Source of the DNA: a cyanobacterium endosymbiont of Rhopalodia gibba
GTDB lineage: Bacteria; Cyanobacteriota; Cyanobacteriia; Cyanobacteriales; Microcystaceae
Length of the DNA: 64,000 nucleotides
Reading direction: 5' to 3'
Assembly (NCBI GenBank): GCA_045159875.1
Contig: CP067995.1
Span: 160,001-224,000 of the forward strand
This document shows positions 22,255 to 33,825 of the stretch, one piece after another; the stretch's first letter is position 1, and the number at the start of each line of letters is the position of its first letter. The notes under the pieces are model-generated. The model had not been told where the DNA came from and ran no database searches. It worked only from the letters and a program-made list of their open reading frames with translations. Both the position numbers and the translations under genes were made by a program.

Positions 22255-24249
22255 ATGAACCCAACCAACAATATTCTTATCATTGGCGGTGGCATTATTG
22301 GCTTGTCCATCGCTGTAGATCTTAGATTGAAAGGCGCGTCTGTCACCCTCCTCAACCGCAATTTTTCCCAAACGGCAAGCCAAGCAGCTGCGGGAATGTT
22401 GGCCCCCCATGCAGAAGCCATAACTCCAGGCCCTTTTCTGAATTTATGTATTAAGTCTCGCTGGTTATACCCTGAATGGGTTCGCAAAATTCAAGACCTT
22501 ACTGGACTCGATCTAGGATACAATCCTTGCGGTATTATAGCTCCTGTCTACGATCTTCCTTCCGAGTATTTGCGCAATACCGCTACCGCTCAGTGGTTAG
22601 ACAAGACCGCCATTCGTTTCTATCAACCAGGGTTAGGAAATGATGTCGTCGGAGGATGGTGGTATCCCGAAGATGGTCAAGTAGACAACTGCAAAGTGAT
22701 GAGAGCTCTCGGCAAAGCAGCCCAGCAATTAGGCATTAACGTCCGCAATGGAGTGACTGTTCAAACTGTTCAACAAAAACAAGGCAAGGTGACTAGTGTT
22801 TTAACGACTGAGGGAGAAATTAAGGCGGAGACTTACGTGATCGCTACTGGATCTTGGGCTAGTCAAATTCTTCCTTTGCCTGTGCGCCCAGTAAAGGGAC
22901 AAATGTTGTCTGTAACCATGCCCCGACAACCCGAAGAACCTTTTCCTTTACAACGGGTGTTATATGGTCCAGCTACCTACCTTGTCCCCCGACGTGATGG
23001 TCGTTTAATTATTGGCGCAACCTCTGAAGAGGTAAGTTGGACTCCTCAAAATACCCCCCAAGGCATCGAGACCTTACTAACTAGGGCGATTCGACTTTAT
23101 CCTGAATTAGCTAATTGGCCGATTCAGGAATTTTGGTGGGGCTACCGTCCGGGAACCCCAGATGAATTGCCAATTTTAGGTCAAAGTTCTTGTGATAATC
23201 TCATCTTAGCAACAGGACATTCTCGTAATGGTATTTTACTGGCTCCTATAACTGCCTCCTTAATTAGTAATTTGATTATTAACCAGAAGTCTGATCCTAT
23301 TCTCGATAATTTTCGAAGTGATCGCTTCTACAGTCTACCTACTCCTACAATTATGACAGCTTTTGAGCCAGCTCCTCCAACTCCGCTCAACGGAACTAAC
23401 GGAGCATTATCCTATCGCGAACTTTCTTCCCCTACTAACGATGACTTGATAATTGCCGGACGCAACTTTCACTCACGTTTAATGACAGGAACAGGGAAAT
23501 ATCCTAACATTGCAAGTATGCAAAACAGTGTGGCTGCTAGTGGTTGCGAAATTGTAACCGTCGCTGTTAGACGAGTGCAAACTAAAGCCCCTGGACATGA
23601 AGGGCTAGCGGAAGCTTTAGACTGGAGTAAAACCTGGATGTTGCCCAATACGGCAGGGTGTAGAACAGCTCAAGAAGCTATCCGAGTGGCTAGGTTAGGA
23701 CGAGAAATAGCAAAATTATTGGGACAAGAAGATAATAACTTCGTCAAGCTAGAAGTGATCCCAGATACTAAATATTTGCTACCTGATCCCATCGGGACTT
23801 TGCAAGCAGCTGAAATATTAGTAAAAGAAGGGTTTGCAGTACTTCCTTATATTAACGCTGATCCTCTATTAGCCAAACGTCTTGAAGAGATAGGATGTGT
23901 TACAGTGATGCCCTTAGGTTCCCCCATTGGTTCGGGTCAGGGTATTCGCAACGAAGCTAACATCACTATCATTATCCAAGAAGCGAAAGTCCCCGTAGTA
24001 GTAGATGCCGGAATAAGAACTCCCAGTGAAGCAGCAAAAGCGATGGAATTAGGAGCTGATGCAGTGTTAATTAATAGTGCGATCGCCTTGTCCAAAAATC
24101 CTGTGGAGATGGCAAAGGCAATGGGGATGGCGACTGAAGCCGGACGTTTAGCTTATTTAGGAGGTCGTATTCCTGTCAAAGAGTATGCTAGTGCTAGTTC
24201 TCCTTTGACAGGAACCATCGATAGTCAAAAGTTATCACTAACTAGGTGA
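22255..24249 (+). CDS. thiO-thiG: Fused glycine oxidase ThiO / thiazole synthase ThiG
   Basis: N-terminal half 'IIGGGIIG', 'AAAGMLAP', '[11 protein letters not shown]'; C-terminal half '[10 protein letters not shown]', 'LPNTAGC', 'VKLEVI', '[12 protein letters not shown]'. Confidence 0.97.
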   Translation: MNPTNNILIIGGGIIGLSIAVDLRLKGASVTLLNRNFSQTASQAAAGMLAPHAEAITPGPFLNLCIKSRWLYPEWVRKIQDLTGLDLGYNPCGIIAPVYDLPSEYLRNTATAQWLDKTAIRFYQPGLGNDVVGGWWYPEDGQVDNCKVMRALGKAAQQLGINVRNGVTVQTVQQKQGKVTSVLTTEGEIKAETYVIATGSWASQILPLPVRPVKGQMLSVTMPRQPEEPFPLQRVLYGPATYLVPRRDGRLIIGATSEEVSWTPQNTPQGIETLLTRAIRLYPELANWPIQEFWWGYRPGTPDELPILGQSSCDNLILATGHSRNGILLAPITASLISNLIINQKSDPILDNFRSDRFYSLPTPTIMTAFEPAPPTPLNGTNGALSYRELSSPTNDDLIIAGRNFHSRLMTGTGKYPNIASMQNSVAASGCEIVTVAVRRVQTKAPGHEGLAEALDWSKTWMLPNTAGCRTAQEAIRVARLGREIAKLLGQEDNNFVKLEVIPDTKYLLPDPIGTLQAAEILVKEGFAVLPYINADPLLAKRLEEIGCVTVMPLGSPIGSGQGIRNEANITIIIQEAKVPVVVDAGIRTPSEAAKAMELGADAVLINSAIALSKNPVEMAKAMGMATEAGRLAYLGGRIPVKEYASASSPLTGTIDSQKLSLTR

Positions 24250-24665
24250 TGCTTTTCTCCACGAGTCGCGCAGGCGTACAGCGTGGGCTTCTCTACCTCA
24301 CAATAAGACGTTATTATTTCAATATATAGAAAGTATTAATATTTATCTATTCCCATTCAGATGCCTCCACAGTGAGCATCGCTGACTATTCATCAGCTAT
24401 AAATACATTGTTTTTTAAGCTCCAGAAAAACTTTTCTACTCGCTTTGATCTTTTTAACGTTATTAATTATGTAGCTGGCTCAAGCTAGGGACGTATATCT
24501 CTACTAGCTAGAGCGATGGAGTTTGTCTTTTGTATTTCCCAGTCTGTTTCCATGTATCGATTAGACTTATTCTATTCCAGGTTTTCTAGCTTCGTCGTAA
24601 AGTACTGAAGTACTGAGTGCGCTTTCATCCCGACGCTAAAAAATTGCAGCGGTTATTCTCCTCTG
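24246..24665 (-). mobile_element. Short non-autonomous IS200/IS605-type relic with both ends recognisable
   Basis: Minus strand begins '...accgctgcaattttttagcgtcgggatgaaagcg' (left-end-like) and finishes 'gagaagcccacgctgtacgcctgcgcgactcgtggagaaaagcaTCAC' (right-end hairpin plus TCAC). No intact ORF. Confidence 0.6.
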
Positions 24666-25898
24666 GTTCGATACTTTCCACTCATTTATAGCCCTAAGTC
24701 TCCCGTTTAGAAACTAATAGGACAAAAAGCTTAGTTTAAGTCATAGATAATCCTGATTTGTCTAAAAGACTAAAATCTGACCAGATGTAAGATTGTTAGA
24801 TTTTCTTTATATCTCAGCTAACGTAACATAAATTCCAGAAGGAACAGAACCACCCGGAGTTCACGGTTTAGGAACTAGTAAAAATTTATACTATTTTAGT
24901 TCTTGTCTTGTTGATAGAAAATATAGTTATTTTTTGAACTTTATACTTCAGACGTAGAAGTAGACGTGAGAAAAAAAATTCTAAAAAATAAATGAAAGAC
25001 ACGATAATAAACTATATTGTCAAACAAGTTATTCTAATAAGAATATGAGTGTTACGTTTTCTTAAAACACGGTTGTTATTCTCACTATCTAAGTCAACAT
25101 GAGATAAAATCAACAATTATCTCAAATAGTAATTGCCAATAATCAAGACTACAATTGTTGCTTGAAAACAGCAGCAAGTCAGGCTAACTCACCTTTTTAG
25201 CCTAAATAAAGAGAGATTTTTTTAGATAAATAGATATAAGCAATCAACCGAACAAAAAAGTTAATAAAACATTTCGATTTTTTGAATGTTTAATCTAAAA
25301 TTAATTTTCAAGTATCCGTCAACTGTTTCAATCAAAGAAGGCTTACAAGATTAAATTTTATCAATCAGTTAAGGTATCTATATCATCTAGAGCCTAACTC
25401 GCTCAAGAAGACAAGTTAATGAGTCGATAAAGAGTATAGACTCCTAGGAATTTAGAAAAATTCACTAGATAGTAACTAAGGTAAACACCAATTTTACGAT
25501 AACTTTTTCCCCAATTTTTTAGACCTTCTAATTTACTCAGATATTGAGCATAAGTAACTTCTAGAAAAAAATCCTAAACCATCGAGTTCAACCTCATTTT
25601 TTTCAAAGATAAAATGCTAAAAATAACAAATATTCTACTGATTAGAGTCAGCATAACTGACTGACCCTAATTAATTCTTTTGTTTATTGAAAATATTGTT
25701 TACTTCCCTTGTGCTTAATTTGGAGGATAATACTTTTTCCTAAAAAAGTATTTTTATGCTTACACAAGTTAATAATTTATAGAGGTTAAAACAATCAGAA
25801 TAACTTAAGAACATAAATGAAAAGTAAAAATTTTTTAGACACTAGAGTTTTTACTATTTTTCAACAACTTAAAAAATTTATGTTTTCCTTGCTTTTAT

Positions 25899-26474
25899 TT
25901 ATTCCTGTGTTTTTTCTTGATTACGATGACGTTTTTTCGTATAAAGTTGAATTGAAGCAGCTATTGTGATAATAAGAGTGAAAACTAGCAAAGTAGTCAA
26001 GTCTAATGGTAAATTTTTTTTAAAAACTGCTAGTAAAATAATTATGACCAATAATATGGTCGGAGCTTCATTCAAAGCGCGAAACTGTTGACTTGTCCAT
26101 TGACATTCTCCTTTCTCTAACTGTTTCATAATCCAGCCACAAAAGAAATGATAAGCTAAAAGTAGAACGACGAAAGCTAACTTAATATGTAACCATCCTA
26201 ACTTTAAGATTTCAGGTTTTGTAAAAATCAAACCAATAGCCATAGTTACTGTCATTACCATTCCTGGTGTGGTGATGATCTTATAGAGACGTTTTTCCAT
26301 AATTTCGTATTGAGTTTTAAGGATTGTTTGGGCAGGTTCAGGTTGTTGAGAAGCCTCCACATGGTAGACAAACAAACGGACTAAATAAAATAATCCTGCA
26401 AACCAAACCACAATACCAATAAGGTGAAAGGCTTTGAACCAAAAATAGATCATAATACTTGTTGATAATGACAT
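25899..26474 (-). CDS. hemJ: Protoporphyrinogen IX oxidase HemJ
   Basis: 'WFKAFHLIGIVVWFAGLFYLVRLFVYH', 'MEKRLY', 'FRALNEAPT'. Likely start at 26453. Confidence 0.96.
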   Translation of the reverse strand: MSLSTSIMIYFWFKAFHLIGIVVWFAGLFYLVRLFVYHVEASQQPEPAQTILKTQYEIMEKRLYKIITTPGMVMTVTMAIGLIFTKPEILKLGWLHIKLAFVVLLLAYHFFCGWIMKQLEKGECQWTSQQFRALNEAPTILLVIIILLAVFKKNLPLDLTTLLVFTLIITIAASIQLYTKKRHRNQEKTQE

Positions 26475-26800
26475 AAATTGAAACTAATTATTAATTGTGA
26501 GTGTATCGAGTTCTCTGAGAGTTACATAAAAATCTTCAACAAAAATTTATCGAAGACCTTAGATAACTTTTGAGACAATCTGTCTTTGTAGTACAAAATG
26601 TTTAGTTTTCTAAAATCTCAGGAACCAAATCAGCTCCTGATAGCAGATCTGCTTTTACAAGGAGCGGAACAAATCATCGCCTATTTTCCATCAGGTAGAC
26701 TGTATTGAGTTGACTTTAGACAAACCACCTATAGTGACTTAAGACCACCTTGAACTAGCTATAATCTAGAGGGACAATCGAGGAGTGAAACGGAATATAG

Positions 26801-28741
26801 ATGCATATACAAGGCAGTGTGTCATCGGTCGAGATTAACCCATTCAACCTTAGCAAGGCTATCTTGGCTAGCCAAGACTATTTACTTTCCTTACAATATC
26901 CTGACGGGTATTGGTGGGGGGAACTTGAGTCGAATATTACTCTAACAGCCGAAACTGTTCTACTTCATAAAATTTGGGGAACTGACACAATTCTTCCTCT
27001 TCATAAAGTAGAAACCTATCTCCGTCGTCAACAAAATGAACAGGGAGGATGGGAACTTTTTTATGGTGACGGTGGAGAAATTAGTACTTCTGTTGAAGCC
27101 TATATGGCTTTGCGTTTATTAGGAGTTTCTCAAGAAGATCCTGCATTAATTCGAGCTAAGGACTTTATTCTTAGTAAGGGTGGTATTAGTAAAACAAGGA
27201 TTTTTACCAAGTTTCATCTAGCTTTAGTTGGCTGTTATGACTGGAGAGGAATTCCTTCTATTCCTCCTTGGATTATATTATTTCCTAATAATTTTTTCTT
27301 CAATATTTATGAGATGTCTAGTTGGGCGAGAGAAAGTACAGTTCCCTTGTTAATTGTTTTTAATGAAAAGCCTGTTTTACAAATTGATCCAGCTTTTACG
27401 CTCGATGAATTATATACTGAGGAGATTACAAATGTAAAATATATTTTGCCTAGTAATAAGAATTGGTCGGATATTTTTCTGATATTAGATAAAGTCTTTA
27501 AATGGAGTAGAAAAAATAATTTAGTTCCCTTCTATAAAAAAAGTCTTCAAGCCTCAGAACAATGGATTTTAAACCATCAACAAGAAAGCGGAGATTGGGG
27601 AGGAATTATACCCCCAATGATCAACTCATTAATTGCTTTTCGGATACTCAATTATAATGTAGCAGATCCCTGTGTTCAAAGAGGATTTGAAGCCATCGCT
27701 CGTTTTTCCATTGAAGAAGAAGAAACATATCGTGTTCAAGCTTGTGTGTCTCCTGTTTGGGATACGGGTTGGGCGTTAAGATCTTTAGTTAAATCAGGGT
27801 TAAAACCGGATCATCAAGCTTTAGTTAAAGGAGGTCAATGGCTACTCAATCAACAAGTTCTTGACTATGGAGATTGGGCGATTAAAAATTTCCAAGGAAA
27901 ACCGGGGGGTTGGTCTTTTGAATTTAGGAACCGTTTCTATCCAGATATCGATGATTCTGCGGTAGTAGTTATGGCTTTACATGGCGTTAAATTGCCCGAC
28001 GAAAATCGCAAGCAAGCTGCTATTAATCGTTGTGTGGAATGGATGGCAACTATGCAATGTAAACCTGGGGGTTGGGCAGCTTTTGATGTGGATAATGATA
28101 AAAATTGGATCAATGAAATTCCCTATGCAGACTTGAAAGCCATGATCGATCCCAATACGGCTGATATCACTGCCAGAGTGTTGGAAATGTTAGGGTCTTG
28201 TGGCTTGGAAATGGACGGTGATCGCGTCCAAAAAGCTTTAACCTATTTAGACAAAGAACAAGAAGCTGATGGTAGCTGGTTTGGAAGATGGGGCGTAAAT
28301 TATATTTATGGAACCAGTGGAGTATTATCTGCTTTAGGGGTCATTGCTGCGGATACCCATAAACCCCAAATGGAAAAAGCCGTTAACTGGCTAATCAATT
28401 GTCAAAATACTGATGGAGGATGGGGTGAAACCTGTTGGAGTTACAATGACCCTTCCCTCAAAGGAATAGGAGTTAGTACTGCCTCTCAGACCGCTTGGTC
28501 CTTAATTGGATTATTGGACGCGGGGGAAGCATTAGGGACTTTTGCCACCGATGCTATAAAACGGGGTATTAACTATTTACTAGCTAGCCAAACGGTTGAG
28601 GGAACCTGGGAGGAAGTCGAGTTCACGGGAACAGGGTTTCCGTGTCATTTCTATATCCGTTATCACCTTTACTGCCATTATTTTCCGTTAATGGCCCTGG
28701 GCCGTTATTATAATCTATATATCGAAAATGTAATACTTTAA
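26801..28741 (+). CDS. shc: Squalene--hopene cyclase
   Basis: DxDD motif 'YPDIDDSAVV', QW repeats ('QYPDGYW', 'QEADGSW', 'QNTDGGWGE'), 'GTGFP'. Confidence 0.98.
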   Translation: MHIQGSVSSVEINPFNLSKAILASQDYLLSLQYPDGYWWGELESNITLTAETVLLHKIWGTDTILPLHKVETYLRRQQNEQGGWELFYGDGGEISTSVEAYMALRLLGVSQEDPALIRAKDFILSKGGISKTRIFTKFHLALVGCYDWRGIPSIPPWIILFPNNFFFNIYEMSSWARESTVPLLIVFNEKPVLQIDPAFTLDELYTEEITNVKYILPSNKNWSDIFLILDKVFKWSRKNNLVPFYKKSLQASEQWILNHQQESGDWGGIIPPMINSLIAFRILNYNVADPCVQRGFEAIARFSIEEEETYRVQACVSPVWDTGWALRSLVKSGLKPDHQALVKGGQWLLNQQVLDYGDWAIKNFQGKPGGWSFEFRNRFYPDIDDSAVVVMALHGVKLPDENRKQAAINRCVEWMATMQCKPGGWAAFDVDNDKNWINEIPYADLKAMIDPNTADITARVLEMLGSCGLEMDGDRVQKALTYLDKEQEADGSWFGRWGVNYIYGTSGVLSALGVIAADTHKPQMEKAVNWLINCQNTDGGWGETCWSYNDPSLKGIGVSTASQTAWSLIGLLDAGEALGTFATDAIKRGINYLLASQTVEGTWEEVEFTGTGFPCHFYIRYHLYCHYFPLMALGRYYNLYIENVIL

Positions 28742-28742
28742 T

Positions 28743-28799
28743 AAGGTTACCAGAAGTGATAAGGTGGGAATCGCCTACCTTATCACTTCTGGTAACCTT
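28743..28799. terminator. 23-bp perfect stem hairpin between convergent shc and cyclophilin genes (probable bidirectional terminator)
   Basis: aaggttaccagaagtgataaggt-(11 nt)-accttatcacttctggtaacctt, starting 2 nt after the shc stop. Confidence 0.75.
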
Positions 28800-28864
28800 G
28801 AAACACTATATTAACTGCAGAGACAAAGAACCTTCCGTCCCTACTTTAATTTGATATTTTTTTG

Positions 28865-29359
28865 TTAGAGTTCACCACAATCAGTAATAACAACTTTTGC
28901 TGTTGTCTGTCCTCCATCAGTTCCAAATTTTTCCATCATTTCTACGATTTCATATCCTTTGGATACTTTGCCAAAAACGACGTGTTTACCATCTAGCCAG
29001 TTACAAGGAACAGTACAAATAAAAAATTGAGAGCCATTGGTATTAGGACCAGCATTAGCCATAGACAAAATTCCAGATTCAGTATGCTTGAGTTGAAAAT
29101 TTTCATCCTTGAAGGAGCTACCATAAATTGATTTACCTCCTGTGCCATCACCTCGGGTAAAATCACCCCCTTGACACATGAAGTTAGGAATGATGCGATG
29201 AAAAGTACTATTTTTGTATCCAAAACCGGCTTCTCTAGTACATAATTGACGAAAATTCTCAGCGGTTTTAGGGACAATATCAGTAAAAAGCTCAAATTCT
29301 ATACGGCCAGTCTTATGGGCATCAATTTCAATATCAAAAAATACAGTTGAATTCGCCAT
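28865..29359 (-). CDS. Cyclophilin-type peptidyl-prolyl cis-trans isomerase (CypA/ABH-like)
   Basis: 'VFFDI', 'PKTAENFR', '[16 protein letters not shown]', 'GTGGKSIYG', '[18 protein letters not shown]', '[10 protein letters not shown]'. Confidence 0.97.
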   Translation of the reverse strand: MANSTVFFDIEIDAHKTGRIEFELFTDIVPKTAENFRQLCTREAGFGYKNSTFHRIIPNFMCQGGDFTRGDGTGGKSIYGSSFKDENFQLKHTESGILSMANAGPNTNGSQFFICTVPCNWLDGKHVVFGKVSKGYEIVEMMEKFGTDGGQTTAKVVITDCGEL

Positions 29360-29870
29360 GGTAAAAGTTTTGGTATTTAAAATTAAAGGGATGATGCGAT
29401 AACAATAGATTTTACTTATTGAAATCCTCAGTCTTTGATTCTACTATAGATATGTCTACGATAGATTATTTATGAGAGATACAATCAGCTCTTCCGATAC
29501 TTGATTTAGTACAAACATTGGAAATAGTTATCAGATTTCATCTGATGGGTTAGAGTCCGTATAAAAAATTAATTAATTCCATCTAAAATTAACTAAATGT
29601 ACAATTATTAGAGGTATTTATACATTATTAGATTAACTTAAATCTATAGATATAGTCAGTCTGAAAGTGTAAAGCGATTATTACAAATGGAGATTGAAAA
29701 ATTTGTAGAACAGAGAGAATAGTCAGAATAAAAAATGGTTAACATAACTATTGCAAGACAATCAATTTCCCAGTTCAATTTAGACATATATACTTAGTGT
29801 CTTCGCCAATTTTTAATATTTAGACTGCCATTATCCCTATTGTATCTCTATTTCTTGAATTATCTAGATA

Positions 29871-29911
29871 AAAAGCCACCCTATCCGTTAGGACAGGGTG
29901 GATGAGGTCAC
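29871..29911 (+). mobile_element. IS200/IS605-like right-end hairpin ending in TCAC (overlaps the putative 6S RNA 5' arm)
   Basis: aaaag-ccaccctatcc-gtta-ggacagggtgg-atgagg-TCAC. Confidence 0.45.
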
Positions 29912-30088
29912 TGGTTCCATCCGAGGAGGAAATCTAAAAACTTTAGAACTAAATTTGCAGGGCGGCATCTCGGAATCACAGCATTATTTAATAGCGGTAA
30001 CACCATGAACCGAACACAAAGCTCTTCATACCTAAGCACAGAGACTGTGTAACTTCCAGCTTTTATTACACCCGTGTTTTGCGGCGAT
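29885..30088 (+). ncRNA. ssrS: Probable 6S RNA (SsrS/SsaA); 5' boundary uncertain
   Basis: GC-richer non-coding island containing 'ctcggaatcacagc', 'aacaccatgaaccgaacac', 'ctaagcacagagac' and the 3' tail 'ccagcttttattacacccgtgttttgcggcg', which I recall from cyanobacterial 6S RNAs. The ends can pair into a long irregular stem. Confidence 0.7.
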
Positions 30089-30177
30089 GAGATAATCAGA
30101 GTCAGGGATTTTTATCTTCCACATGCTCACAATATCTCAGCTTTTGTTCTCTTGCCGCTTCACCTAATAGGATGAAT

Positions 30178-30489
30178 TCAAAGGGTGACAGCTAAAAGAG
30201 TATCTAATTTATCAGTATCGTTGAGGGCATAAAGCGCATCACAGCCTCCAATATGTTCATTATTAATAAATATCTGAGGTACACTACGCTTTCCGTTAGA
30301 TCTTTGAGACATTTTATCTCTAGCTGCTTCGCTACCATCAATTTTATATTCAGTAAAGTTAACCCCTTTCCACCACAGAAGGAATTTTGCACGAATACAA
30401 AAAGGACAGGTTCGCCAAGTATAAATTTCAACGTCAGCGTTAATTTTTTCAGGATGACGGCCAAGAAAAGAGTTAATTGTGTTTAACAT
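30178..30489 (-). CDS. grxC: Glutaredoxin 3
   Basis: 'CPFC' active site, 'RSVPQIFIN', 'IGGCD'. Confidence 0.95.
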   Translation of the reverse strand: MLNTINSFLGRHPEKINADVEIYTWRTCPFCIRAKFLLWWKGVNFTEYKIDGSEAARDKMSQRSNGKRSVPQIFINNEHIGGCDALYALNDTDKLDTLLAVTL

Positions 30490-31253
30490 GAGTTGAATCC
30501 TTAATTTGTAATGATTTATAGCCGAGATTATGGAATTTTCTTTGTAAATTTAGCTAATGATTGCATAGATGTTATTTTAACTTAGTTTTGGTTAACGGAA
30601 TTTGTCAATATCCTTGATCCAATATCTTTAATTAATCCTTCCTAGCCATCGAAGATAGATGTCAATAAGGGATCACTTTTTTCTTTCGCTGTAACCTTAA
30701 CATTACCCATTACTCCACTTTGAGTAAATTTTTTTGTCAACTAAGTAAAGAGTAGTTTTCCTTTTATAGTCAGTAAACTATTTTGAGGTAAACTTTGAGA
30801 ATATTTTTTAACTCTTTTTTCTATTTTTACTTAGTTCAGCAATAAAAAAGTAGAACACTAGTTTCTACATTTTTTGCATAAATTCTATACTATAATTTGC
30901 GTTTAATTAACAACTCTTTAACAACATGAAGAACTCACCAAGTAAACAATAGTATAAACAGGGAAAAGCATAAGTGGAAATTCCTGATTCTAATTTTTAT
31001 AATTGCTTTCCCTAAAACCCCCATTCCAATCGCATAATCTACTACCATGGGCAAATGGACGCCATGTTGTCTGACTGCTTCTCCAGATCACACCATAACG
31101 ATATTTTTTAGATTTAACATCTCTTGAATATCTGTCCAAGTTAGACAGGTTATAAAGTATTTTAGGAGGAATAAAATCGTGCATAATAATATAAGTTTTA
31201 TTGCTAAAGTTATCTATATCTAGTTAATGTAATCACAAAGAAAATCTTAACTT

Positions 31254-31919
31254 TTAACGTTTGGCTTTATTTAAACGTGGAAATTGACGACGACGACGAT
31301 ACCAAGCTGAAACCCCTATTAACATTCCAGTTAATGTCAAACCACACAGTAGAGGCAAAATATTGCCTCGATTAAGAGACTTAAAACCAGCTCCTATCAT
31401 GATAAAAGGCAAAATTCCTGGAATAATTCCCAAGATAGTTCCAATCAAGTAATCTTGAAATCTAATTGATGTTAATCCTGCCGTAAAATTAACAATTCCA
31501 TAGGGAATAATTGGTAGTAAGCGAATAGCAAACAGATAAAATAAGCCACCCTGACGGATTTCTGCATCTATTACTTCCCATTTTTTGGCAAGTTTTCGCG
31601 TGACATATTTTCTTCCTAGGGTACGGGTGAAGGCGAAAGATAAAATGGCTGCCAACATGGCTGCAATCGTTGTCCAAAATACTCCCCACCCAATTCCAAA
31701 TAATGCTCCACCACTTAAATTGAGGGGAGTTGAAGGTAAAATTAGTAAAGTTGCTAAAATGTAGAGAGTTATGTAGATAATAGGAGCTAAAATTCCCATT
31801 TTATTAAGCCAAACTTGTAATTCTTCAACATCAATTTTCCAAATTAAAACTACCCCAACTCCAGTGATAGCTAAACAAAAAATTGTCAGTAAAATTATTC
31901 TTTGTTTCCCTTTGTCCAT
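31254..31919 (-). CDS. TVP38/TMEM64 (DedA superfamily) membrane protein
   Basis: 'LPSTPLNLSGGALFG', 'IRLLPIIPYGIVNFTAG', 'GTILGIIPG'. Confidence 0.9.
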   Translation of the reverse strand: MDKGKQRIILLTIFCLAITGVGVVLIWKIDVEELQVWLNKMGILAPIIYITLYILATLLILPSTPLNLSGGALFGIGWGVFWTTIAAMLAAILSFAFTRTLGRKYVTRKLAKKWEVIDAEIRQGGLFYLFAIRLLPIIPYGIVNFTAGLTSIRFQDYLIGTILGIIPGILPFIMIGAGFKSLNRGNILPLLCGLTLTGMLIGVSAWYRRRRQFPRLNKAKR

Positions 31920-31957
31920 CTACTTTTTTCCTCACGAGATTTAAAGCTATAAGGTTA

Positions 31958-32019
31958 TCATACTAAATCCGGTTATAAAAACATACTTATTTAGAAGAGA
32001 AACAATTTAAATAAGTATG
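31958..32019. repeat. Small palindromic/MITE-like remnant
   Basis: 'atactaaatccggttataaaa' followed by a 12-bp inverted repeat catacttattta (31982-31993) / taaataagtatg (32008-32019). Confidence 0.4.
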
Positions 32020-33364
32020 ATGTCTAGAAAAAATATTTAAACCAGAAGTAAACACTTAGAAAATAAAAAACATTTAAAAGTTAATATAAATATATACTTT
32101 TTTAAAATAAACTTAGAGTAGAATGGAAGCTAATTAGAAGTAAAATTATAAGTTACATCAGAGAAAAAAGAACTGCTATGATAGGCTAAGACTACAAACA
32201 ATTTATATTTTTATATTTTAAAAAATACTAATATAAAAAAATATTATAAAATTTAACTTTAACAGTAAATAGATAATGGCTGAATTTAGTTGACAAATAT
32301 TTAGTAAAATATATAAAGTAATCTAAAAAAACTTAATTAATAAGATTTGACTGTAAATGTAATCATAGAAAAAAGAGTAAAATTTATTCAAAAAATACTA
32401 GAAAATATTTGCCAGTTTACTCTCTAAATTTAGAACTAAAAAACATATATATCAGGAGAAACTCTTTGCTACTAAAAGTATTTTAAGATATTTAATAGAA
32501 TAAAAAAATATTACTAAATTATCTTATTTTTTCAGCAAAATAAAAAATATTGGCATAAAAAGTATGATTTTAAACTAATTTTAAGAGTACATTGCCACAA
32601 GTAAAAGCACCTTTTTTTTAAAAGTACTTTTTCCTACTAAGCTATTAACTGTAATTTTTTTTCATATTAGATAATCAAGTGGATAAATCTAAAGAAGGCT
32701 ACAATAGAGAAATAGTTTAAAAAAGTAATTACTAGATAAAAATAGGACTTAAAATCCAACATCTAGTTTAACTTTATTCTATAAACTAATAAGTTTAGAA
32801 CTTCTCCTTAACCAGAAACAGTTTGTATTTTCATGAGATGAATCTTTAAATATCTCAGATAAACAACCAAAGCTTGAATATTTAGATTCAGCAATCACAT
32901 ACCAAATATAGAGATATAAATAGTATTTAGCTGTCGATTTTTTTATGATAGTTCCGATAGCTATCTCCTATTTTAATAACTCTTTTCATTTAATAGCTCA
33001 ATTTTCTAATTTTTATTTTTAGCAATTACTTTCCGTTTTTAGACAAATTATCTTTGACTTTATCTGTTAATATTTACAATTAATTAATTATTATTTTAGA
33101 TGATATAAAGAATTGAGTACAATTTTTGCGTTAGCTTAAATTCTACTCAATATAGATCATAATTATTTGAAAATTTTATGGTCAGCTTACGGAATTATAA
33201 TCTATCTTGCTGACAATATTTGCCGATGACTAACTTGTTTATTTTTTGACCTATAATTTTATTTTTAAAAAGAGATTTTAGTTCAATTTTTTATAAAATT
33301 TTTAGGTTGAATTCAGTTTAGTTAATATTTTAAATATTGTATATTTTTAGCTTTTATTCCCTAA

Positions 33365-33825
33365 GTAAGAGGCATTGTTTATGCTAAATATCTTCTTGTC
33401 TTATAAGATTGATAGTACTCTATCTCAGAGTATTTTAAATAGTATTTATGGATATTACTGGTTTGATTAGATAAATTGATTAGTGGTAACTAATAACTAA
33501 TAAAATATTATTATTAGCAGCAATTATAATAGTTTATTAAATTTAATACGCATTTATTGTTTTTGAAACAATATTTTGCAATTCCTAGTTTAGAAAATAG
33601 TTATCTATATTTTTTTTGTCAAATAGTTAGATAAAAATTTTATTTAATTGATCATTAATTTGATAGTTTTTTAGACGTATATTCTATATTTATTTGCTTT
33701 TGTTAATTAATAATTATTGTTGCTTACAATATTCTCATAAATATTATTAATTATTTTAAATCAGGATAATTAGTTTAGTGAGACTAGCTGATGTAGCTAT
33801 CGGATTATTAGCTCTTAATTTAGAA
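33365..33825 (+). pseudogene. Highly eroded membrane-protein relic, possibly FUSC/YccS family
   Basis: Only scattered fragments: 'RHCL', 'SILNSIYGYYW', 'RLADVAIGLLAL' (compare FUSC 'RH.LR...HGYW...RL.DT.IG'). Confidence 0.3.

Noticed and set aside
22255..24249. ThiO-ThiG fusion as a novelty
   Set aside because: This fusion is already known in cyanobacteria.
30990..31184. 64-aa ORF with 'PFAHGSRLC' (plus 'IGMG' after a frameshift), resembling a P450 heme motif
   Set aside because: Requires a frameshift and has no other P450 motifs; another frame reads equally protein-like ('HLPMVVDYAIGMGVLGK'). Unassigned relic.
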